From Flavobacteriales bacterium (GTDB lineage: Bacteria; Bacteroidota; Bacteroidia; Palsa-965), in the NCBI GenBank assembly GCA_040377305.1, contig JBEIPA010000023.1, positions 1-64,000 of the forward strand: a stretch of DNA of 64,000 nucleotides, in the 5' to 3' direction. The translations under genes were made by a program, and so were the position numbers. The notes beneath the pieces were generated by a model. It saw nothing but the letters and a program-made list of their open reading frames with translations. It had not been told where the DNA came from and did not search any database. This document shows, piece by piece, positions 57,201 through 64,000 of this stretch (position 1 is the stretch's first letter; each line of letters starts with the position of its first letter).

Positions 57201-57379
57201 AGACAAATATAATGGAGAATGCTTCGGAAATGCACGCCGACCTCCGAAAATTGAAATTTGTTTTTCACGATGAGTAGATGAAAAATACTCTGAGAAATTT
57301 TACAAAATGTTGTGAGAAAACTCGTCATCCGAATACACGTGAATGTCGAAAATCTAAGCGTTCTCATCGGACAATCTGC

Positions 57380-57387
57380 TATCTTTG
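57380..57387 (+). promoter_or_regulatory. -7 promoter element for fabG
   Basis: TATCTTTG 25 nt upstream of ATG 57413. Confidence 0.6.
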
Positions 57388-57412
57388 GTCATCAAGAAAA
57401 TTTAATCGGTCT

Positions 57413-58159
57413 ATGAATTTACTTCAAGGAAAAACTGCGCTGATCACCGGCGCAACACGCGGAATCGGAAAAGGAATCGCCGAATTGTTCGCGAAGAATG
57501 GTGCGAACGTAGCATTCACATATGTTTCATCTGAAGAAAAAGCACGCGCGATGGAAGCTGAACTCGCTGCTAATGGCGTGAAAGTGAAAGGCTACAAGTC
57601 TGATGCTGGCGATTTCAAAGCAGCAGAAGAATTAGTAAACGCGGTTACTACCGAATTCGGTACAATTGATATCCTGGTGAACAACGCCGGCATCACACGC
57701 GATACGTTGCTCATGCGAATGTCTGAGTTACAGTGGGATGAAGTAATGAATGCAAATCTAAAATCTGTTTTCAACCTGACGAAGGCTGTTCAGCGTCCAA
57801 TGTTAAAACAACGTAACGGATCTATTATCAACATGAGTTCTGTGGTAGGATTGAAAGGCAATGCCGGCCAATCAAACTACGCAGCATCTAAAGCCGGGAT
57901 CATCGGTTTCAGCAAATCAGTAGCGTTGGAACTTGGTTCACGAAATATCCGTTGCAACGTAATTGCTCCCGGATTTATTGAAACAGAAATGACGGCTGCC
58001 CTGGACGAGAAAGTTGTTCAGTCGTGGCGCGATGGAATTCCACTGAAGCGTGGCGGAACTCCTGAAGATGTAGCAAAAGCAACGCTGTTCCTTGCGAGCG
58101 ATCTTTCGTCGTATGTAACAGGACAAGTGTTGAGTGTATGTGGTGGAATGCTGACCTAA
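57413..58159 (+). CDS. fabG: 3-oxoacyl-[ACP] reductase
   Basis: TGATRGIG, LVNNAGITRDTLLMRM, GNAGQSNYAASKAG, APGFIETEMT; start placed at MNLLQGK. Confidence 0.95.
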   Translation: MNLLQGKTALITGATRGIGKGIAELFAKNGANVAFTYVSSEEKARAMEAELAANGVKVKGYKSDAGDFKAAEELVNAVTTEFGTIDILVNNAGITRDTLLMRMSELQWDEVMNANLKSVFNLTKAVQRPMLKQRNGSIINMSSVVGLKGNAGQSNYAASKAGIIGFSKSVALELGSRNIRCNVIAPGFIETEMTAALDEKVVQSWRDGIPLKRGGTPEDVAKATLFLASDLSSYVTGQVLSVCGGMLT

Positions 58160-58183
58160 TCAGCAAGAAGTAAAAAATCCCTC

Positions 58184-60274
58184 TTGAAACTAAGCGTAGT
58201 CACAGAAGCTCCTTCGTGGTTTATCCTGCTTTGTCTGCTGACAGGCGGGCTCTACGCTGCTATCTTGTATTACCGGGATCGGAAGTACGATGGCATTGCG
58301 AAGAAGCTTTTGTACTTTTTGTCGTTCCTGCGATTTCTTTCGATTAGTATTCTCGCATTCCTTTTATTGTCCCCTTTACTGAAAACAGTTTTCAGAGAAG
58401 TGGAGAAACCTGTGATTGTCATTGCAACTGACCATTCAGAATCAATTGTTGCCGGAAAAGATTCGGCGTACTACCAGACTCAATTCATCCCTCAACTCGA
58501 CAAGCTGGAAGAAGCACTGAGTGAGAAATACACAGTTGTTCGCTATTCGTTTGGTGATCATTTCTCGGAAGGAGAAGATTCCGCATTCACACACAAGGAA
58601 ACGGATTTCTCTACCGTGTTTGATGAGCTCGAAACCCGTTACAGCAACCGGAATCTCGGTGCTGTCATACTTGCCAGCGATGGAATCTTCAATCGCGGAA
58701 TGAGTCCGGTGTACAGTTCAACCTGGCTCAAGTCGCCGTTGTTTGCAATTGCATTGGGCGATACCACGGTGAAGAAAGACATTCTCATTCCGGATGTCAA
58801 TCACAATTCAATCGCATTCCTTGGCAATAAATTCCCGGTTGAAATTGTTGTCAATGCAAACAAAGCCATCGGAGAGAATGCAGTGGTGACCTTGAGTAAA
58901 GGTGGCCAGACGATCTCCACACAACGCATCAGTCCGGACAAGGAAAGCTATACAACAACAGTTCCGGTCGAACTCGAAGCAACATCAGTAGGCATTCAGA
59001 AATACACGGCAGTAGTTTCAATAATAGAAGGAGAAGAAAACACGGTCAACAACCGTTTTGACTTCTTCGTGGAAGTTCTGGATTCACGCCAGAAAGTTCT
59101 GATAGTTGCTGCTGCACCACATCCGGACATTGCAGCATTGAAGTTATCTATTGAAGGCAATGACAACTACCAGGTTACCACAGCAATCCTTGGAGAGCTG
59201 AATGAACCGGTAAACAAATTCAACCTCGCCATTCTTCACGGCATTCCTTCTGAAACGGCGCAGGGACAGAAAATCCTCGGCGATCTTTCAGCTGCAGGAG
59301 TTCCTGTATGGTATATCACAGGAGCGCAATCGAGGTACACGCAATTCAATGCGCTGGCAACCGGCCTTGAGATCGAAATCAACGGTTCACGTGCGAATGA
59401 ATGTCAGCCCGTCCTCGTAAAAGACTTTCCGCTGTTTTCACTTTCTGATGACGTTGTGAATTTCATTCCGAACCTTCCGATCGTTTCAACACCGTTTGCA
59501 GCTTTCAACACAGCCGCCGGAGTTTCTCCATTCATGAAACAGAAAATCGGAAACCTCACTACTGATTTTCCGCTGTGGGTTTTCATGGAGAAACAGGGAA
59601 GAAAAATGTCGGTTTTTGCCGGCGAAGGATTGTGGAAATGGAAGATGACCGATTATGCAGCGCATGGTTCGCACGAGATATTTGACGAGATCATCGGTAA
59701 GACCATCCAGTATTTGTCGTTGCAGGAAGAGAGAAGCTTCCTGCGTGTTTCATCTCCCACGTCGAAACCGGAGAATGAAGAAATTATGTTTGACGCGGAA
59801 GTCTATAACCAGAGTTATGAGTTGATACAGACACCGGATGTTTTTCTGAAGATCACGGATGATAAAGGAACCGAGTACAGGTATACTTTCTCCAAATCAG
59901 TACGCGCTTATCATCTGAACACTGGAATGAAAGCTTCCGGAGAATACAGCTGGGAAGCAACCACAAAAGTGGGTAACGAAACGTATACAAAGAAGGGCAA
60001 GTTTGTCGTTACCCAATTGATGGCCGAGCGATCGGTGACTACGGCGAATCATCGCGTTCTATTCAATCTTGCGGAAGCTCACAACGGAAAGTTGGTCTAT
60101 CCGGATGCAATTCAGTCTCTCGCCAGCATCATTCAGGCCCGTGAAGACATCAAGCCGGTTGTGTATAACCCCAAAAAACTCATTGAATTGGTTCAAATGT
60201 GGTGGATTTTCGCCATTCTGATGGGTTTATTAACATTGGAATGGTTCATAAGAAAGAGGCAAGGAGCTTATTAA
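58184..60274 (+). CDS. Membrane protein with BatA-like N-terminal TMs and VWA-like domain
   Basis: Two N-terminal TMs, DHSES (MIDAS-like), ASDG, Ig-like region, C-terminal LEWFIRK TM. Confidence 0.8.
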   Translation: MKLSVVTEAPSWFILLCLLTGGLYAAILYYRDRKYDGIAKKLLYFLSFLRFLSISILAFLLLSPLLKTVFREVEKPVIVIATDHSESIVAGKDSAYYQTQFIPQLDKLEEALSEKYTVVRYSFGDHFSEGEDSAFTHKETDFSTVFDELETRYSNRNLGAVILASDGIFNRGMSPVYSSTWLKSPLFAIALGDTTVKKDILIPDVNHNSIAFLGNKFPVEIVVNANKAIGENAVVTLSKGGQTISTQRISPDKESYTTTVPVELEATSVGIQKYTAVVSIIEGEENTVNNRFDFFVEVLDSRQKVLIVAAAPHPDIAALKLSIEGNDNYQVTTAILGELNEPVNKFNLAILHGIPSETAQGQKILGDLSAAGVPVWYITGAQSRYTQFNALATGLEIEINGSRANECQPVLVKDFPLFSLSDDVVNFIPNLPIVSTPFAAFNTAAGVSPFMKQKIGNLTTDFPLWVFMEKQGRKMSVFAGEGLWKWKMTDYAAHGSHEIFDEIIGKTIQYLSLQEERSFLRVSSPTSKPENEEIMFDAEVYNQSYELIQTPDVFLKITDDKGTEYRYTFSKSVRAYHLNTGMKASGEYSWEATTKVGNETYTKKGKFVVTQLMAERSVTTANHRVLFNLAEAHNGKLVYPDAIQSLASIIQAREDIKPVVYNPKKLIELVQMWWIFAILMGLLTLEWFIRKRQGAY

Positions 60275-60347
60275 CAGGCTTGTAGAAACCCCGTTTTGTG
60301 CGTATACTTGTAAAACATTAAGGCAAACACCTAACACAAAACACTCC

Positions 60348-60551
60348 ATGAAAAAGTTCATTTCAGCAAAAATGATTCTCGCGATGCTCGCACTTGGTTC
60401 AGTTGCTTTCGTAGCTGAGTCTTGCGGAAACAAACATGCATGCGGTACTAAACACCAAAAGCGTGCGCGTCACAAGCGTATCAAGAAGAACACCAACTTC
60501 ATGGCTGGTTTCAATGCATTCGAGCAGCCTGTAGAGGTTAGCACAAAATAA
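60348..60551 (+). CDS. Small basic lipoprotein
   Basis: MKKFI signal with lipobox AESC, A-rich leader, own downstream terminator. Confidence 0.6.
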   Translation: MKKFISAKMILAMLALGSVAFVAESCGNKHACGTKHQKRARHKRIKKNTNFMAGFNAFEQPVEVSTK

Positions 60552-60567
60552 TTCTGAAGAATATCTT

Positions 60568-60612
60568 AAACCGGTTGTCCTGACTGAAAATGTCGGGACC
60601 ACCGGTTTTTTT
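60568..60612 (+). terminator. Rho-independent terminator
   Basis: AAACCGGTTGTCCTGAC-loop-GTCGGGACCACCGGTTTTTTT. Confidence 0.75.
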
Positions 60613-60718
60613 GTTTTGATTTTGTCAGAAGGTATAACTGAAGAACTTAACATGTGATTGCGCCGCTATCGATTTCCTTTCAGTCTAGCATTAAAAATGT
60701 CCGTAGCTTCGATGCCGA

Positions 60719-61159
60719 ATGTATCAACTGAACATCATTCTGAGAAATGCTTTGAATCGTAACGTTTTACGAAACGGGTTCGGGAGTAGGTTTTACCTAA
60801 TCCTGTTCAGCATTTCCATGTTGGGTCAGTATGCTTACGCGTTCTCCCTTAGTTCTGATTATTGCAATGAGAACGTAAAGAATGGGATTCAGTTCACCGC
60901 ACCCGATTCACACCAGAAGCTTGCAAACCCGTTTGACTTTCCTCTATTCAGTGAGCCTGATACAGAAGATTCGGAAACGGAATCAGGTTCCGGGAATGAC
61001 TATGAACTCGACGTTCTGTTCATTCGTTCCACCAATGTAGAATCGTATCTGAATGGCGCACGCAAAAGTGCTTCATCCAGTTTTATTTCTCTCATTTTAA
61101 ACCGGCGTACGGTTTCTTTGATTGTTCTTCATCATTCCTGGAAGAGCGATTTAGCCTGA
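60719..61159 (+). CDS. Hypothetical protein upstream of the RND operon
   Basis: Hydrophobic N-terminal segment, acidic middle, C-terminal LIVLHHSWK. Confidence 0.5.
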   Translation: MYQLNIILRNALNRNVLRNGFGSRFYLILFSISMLGQYAYAFSLSSDYCNENVKNGIQFTAPDSHQKLANPFDFPLFSEPDTEDSETESGSGNDYELDVLFIRSTNVESYLNGARKSASSSFISLILNRRTVSLIVLHHSWKSDLA

Positions 61160-61254
61160 TTGAATAATTAACGCCGGCACTTCCTGTGTCGGTTTGTATA
61201 TGCTGCGGATTTCTCCGTGCATATTCCAACAATTCATTTATTCAACTCAGACAA

Positions 61255-62334
61255 ATGAGAACAACAATAATTCTTGTTGTGGCAGCACTTGCTTTTTGTT
61301 CGTGCAATCATGATGAACATGAAACAACAGAAGAAACAAAATTCATAGCTACAAGTCCGCTACGTAAGGACACCTTAATTTACCGCGAATATGTTTGCCA
61401 GATACATTCAATTCAACACATTGAACTGCGTGCGCTGGAGAAAGGTTATATACAAAAGATTTATGTTGACGAAGGACAGACGGTAAAAGCCGGCGACCTG
61501 TTGTTCCAGATTATGCCGACTATCTATCAGGCAGAAATGGAGAAGGCTGCTGCAGAGTTGAGTTTTGCCGAGATCGAATATCAGAATACTAAATCACTTG
61601 CAGATAGTAATATCGTTTCCAAAAACGAACTCGCACTTGTCCGCGCTCGCATGCAGCAGGCAAAGGCTGAGCTAAGCCTTGCGGAAGCACATTTGGCTTT
61701 TACTCAAATACGGGCGCCGTTCGATGGAATAGTGGATCGCTTTCACGTTCGCTTAGGTAGTCTCGTTGATGAAGGTGAGCTGCTCACTTCATTGTCCGAT
61801 AACAATAAAATGTGGGTGTATTTCAACGTTCCTGAATCTGAATACCTCGATTACGTTACGGCTAAGCATTCAGATAGCTTGCTGAAAGTCGAACTTCAAA
61901 TGGCGAACCATCAATTGTTCGGTCAGCATGGGATTGTTGAAACCATTGAAGCAGATTTCAACAATGAAACGGGCAACATTGCGTTTCGGGCAACCTTTCC
62001 TAATCCGGATAGAATCCTACGTCATGGCGAAACAGGAAATATAATGATGCCCATCCATCTGGATAATGCTTTACTCATCCCGCAAAAAGCAACATTTGAA
62101 ATTCTCGATAAAAAGTATGTGTATGTCGTGGATGAAAAGAACATTGTACACACACGGGAAATTACCGTGGGAACCGAAATACCACATGTTTACGAAGTCG
62201 TGAGCGGTTTATCTGAAGGCGATAAAATTCTGGTGGAAGGCTTGCGGAAAGTGAAAGACCAGCAGGAAATTCATTACGAGTTTGAGAATCAGGTACAGAT
62301 TATTGCCGATCTGAATTCACTCCACGCTGAATAA
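61255..62334 (+). CDS. RND efflux periplasmic adaptor (MFP) lipoprotein
   Basis: Lipobox FCSC, IYVDEGQTVKAGDLLF, IRAPFDG, RATFPNPD, IPQKAT. Confidence 0.92.
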   Translation: MRTTIILVVAALAFCSCNHDEHETTEETKFIATSPLRKDTLIYREYVCQIHSIQHIELRALEKGYIQKIYVDEGQTVKAGDLLFQIMPTIYQAEMEKAAAELSFAEIEYQNTKSLADSNIVSKNELALVRARMQQAKAELSLAEAHLAFTQIRAPFDGIVDRFHVRLGSLVDEGELLTSLSDNNKMWVYFNVPESEYLDYVTAKHSDSLLKVELQMANHQLFGQHGIVETIEADFNNETGNIAFRATFPNPDRILRHGETGNIMMPIHLDNALLIPQKATFEILDKKYVYVVDEKNIVHTREITVGTEIPHVYEVVSGLSEGDKILVEGLRKVKDQQEIHYEFENQVQIIADLNSLHAE

Positions 62335-62357
62335 GCAGAACGTAAAACGTAAAAACT

Positions 62358-64000
62358 ATGTTCAGCAAATTCATCAAGCGGCCGGTTCTGGCTATAGCTA
62401 TTTCACTTGCCATTATTTTTATTGGCATTATCGCCATTTACACGCGTCCAGTTTCTCAGTTTCCTGAGATTGCTCCGCCCCGTGTAAATATTTTCATCGC
62501 CTATCCGGGTGCAAGCGCGGATGTGTTGGTGAACTCAACCTTAGTTCCTCTTGAACGCGCTCTGAATGGCGTACAGGGCATGCAATACATTATATCGGAT
62601 GCAACCTGCGCGGGAGAAGCTACAATTCAGATTGTGTTTGAGCCCGGTGTGGATCCGAACGCTGCAGTTGTGAATGTAAAAACCCGGGTTGATCAAATCA
62701 TGAACAACCTTCCTCCACTGGTACAGAGAGAAGGTGTAGTAATCACTCCGATTCAGCCAAGCATGCTCATGTATGTGAACCTGTTCAGCACGGATAAAAA
62801 CACCGACGAAAAATTCCTGTACAACTATGCAAGCGTTCATATTCTGCCGGAGCTTCAACGCATCAGCGGAATGGGCCGCGCACAAATTCTTGGAAGTCGT
62901 CAGTATGCCATGCGCATCTGGTTAAAGCCGGACAGGATGATGGCGTACAATCTTTCCACCGAGGAAGTGATGGAAGCAATTAACGAGCAAAGCGTAATTG
63001 GACGTCCCGGTAGGTTGGGACAGAGCTCGGGCAAATCAGCACAATCGCTCGAGTATGTGTTGACCTACAAAGGTCGGTTCAACAAACCCGAGGAATACGA
63101 AGAGATTATTGTTCGGGCTACACCTGAAGGCGAAATCCTTAAACTGAAAGATATTGCAGAAGTTGAACTTGGGAGCGAGTTCTTCGATATCTATTCCAAC
63201 AAGGATGGGAATCCCGCGGCGTCCATTGTCCTCAAGCAGAATTTCGGCAGTAACGCAAGCGAGGTCATTGATAAAGTAAAAGTGAAGCTTGAAGAAATGA
63301 AGGGCGACTTTCCTCCGGGAATGAATTACGAAATCAATTATGACGTTTCGAAATTCGTGGATGCTTCGATTGAGAAAGTATTACATACGCTACTTGAAGC
63401 ATTTATTCTCGTCGCGTTGGTCGTATTCATCTTCCTTGGTGACTGGCGATCGACACTCATTCCGACACTGGCAGTTCCGGTTTCGTTGATCGGCGCCTTC
63501 ATTTTCATGCAGATGTTCGGGTTGACAATCAACCTCATCACGCTGTTTGCTTTGGTACTGGCGATCGGTATTGTAGTCGACAACGCAATTGTTGTTGTTG
63601 AGGCTGTTCACGTGAAAATGGAAGAGGAGAACATTTCTCCTTACAATGCTTCGAAGAAAGTATTAGGAGAAATCAGCGGTGCTATTATTGCGATTACGCT
63701 CATTATGACTGCGGTTTTCATTCCGGTTGCATTCATGCCTGGACCTGTCGGGATCTTTTATAAACAGTTCTCCATAACCATGGCCAGTGCTATTGTTCTC
63801 TCCGGACTTGTTGCACTCACTCTAACACCAGTTTTGTGTGCTATGATTCTGAAAAACACGCACGGAAAACCGAAACGTAAGACGCCGGTTCAGATGTTCT
63901 TAACATGGTTCAACAAACGGTTTGACAGGATTACCGGACGCTACACCAACTTTCTCAAGCGAATTGTAAATCGTCGCGTTGTGACCTACGGAATCTTCGC
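62358..64000 (+). CDS. RND efflux permease (AcrB/HAE1 type), truncated by the window end
   Basis: MFSKFIKRPVLA, QFPEIAPP, YPGASA, YAMRIWL, LAIGIVVDNAIVVVE, ALTLTPVLC; open to the end of the window. Confidence 0.93.
   Translation, partial: MFSKFIKRPVLAIAISLAIIFIGIIAIYTRPVSQFPEIAPPRVNIFIAYPGASADVLVNSTLVPLERALNGVQGMQYIISDATCAGEATIQIVFEPGVDPNAAVVNVKTRVDQIMNNLPPLVQREGVVITPIQPSMLMYVNLFSTDKNTDEKFLYNYASVHILPELQRISGMGRAQILGSRQYAMRIWLKPDRMMAYNLSTEEVMEAINEQSVIGRPGRLGQSSGKSAQSLEYVLTYKGRFNKPEEYEEIIVRATPEGEILKLKDIAEVELGSEFFDIYSNKDGNPAASIVLKQNFGSNASEVIDKVKVKLEEMKGDFPPGMNYEINYDVSKFVDASIEKVLHTLLEAFILVALVVFIFLGDWRSTLIPTLAVPVSLIGAFIFMQMFGLTINLITLFALVLAIGIVVDNAIVVVEAVHVKMEEENISPYNASKKVLGEISGAIIAITLIMTAVFIPVAFMPGPVGIFYKQFSITMASAIVLSGLVALTLTPVLCAMILKNTHGKPKRKTPVQMFLTWFNKRFDRITGRYTNFLKRIVNRRVVTYGIF

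Noticed and set aside
57262-57369. TTTTCA-N11-TGAAAA and CGATGAG/CTCATCG inverted words upstream of fabG
   Set aside because: Too short and AT-rich to distinguish from chance without comparative data.
57278-57412. N-terminal extension of FabG in the ORF track
   Set aside because: The -7 promoter box at 57380-57387 and the family N-terminus point to ATG 57413.
146-63611. Numerous short ORFs antisense to or out of frame with long genes (e.g. 1450-2049, 4640-5302, 43587-44264, 46995-47711)
   Set aside because: They lie inside well-supported genes, have no recognisable motifs, and are typical shadow ORFs.

Overview
A 64-kb, gene-dense chromosomal segment from a Bacteroidota bacterium. The assignment rests on T9SS C-terminal sorting domains, repeated TAnnTTTG '-7' promoter boxes, a Reg_prop/Y_Y_Y LytS kinase and a DUF5723-like barrel. 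Most genes are housekeeping or envelope genes: recQ, pyrR-pyrB, rnz, rarA, copA plus a polysaccharide-modification cluster, tRNA-His, a LytS/LytTR pair, a POT transporter plus DPP-IV, fabG, and the start of an RND pump. I found no integrase, transposase, CRISPR array or rRNA. The most promising novel item is an AT-richer two-gene operon (48243-52162) encoding a secreted caspase-family (C14) protease and a secreted DUF4384-like partner. The two proteins share a 7-residue motif, S[K/R]LTVEY, written with different codons, which is a candidate protease-substrate or activation module. Other notable items: a candidate ~70-nt sRNA or attenuator upstream of a CASTOR/POLLUX-like channel; a nested REP-like palindrome inserted in frame in a coding gene; a Fur-type box on a LuxR regulator whose receiver has lost all phosphorylation residues; tandem Cys4-domain proteins with internal lipoboxes; a duplicated tRNA-His 3' end; and several unrelated 7-9-mer microrepeat families arranged as inverted arms at gene junctions. 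All family calls come from motif recognition by eye; no searches were run.
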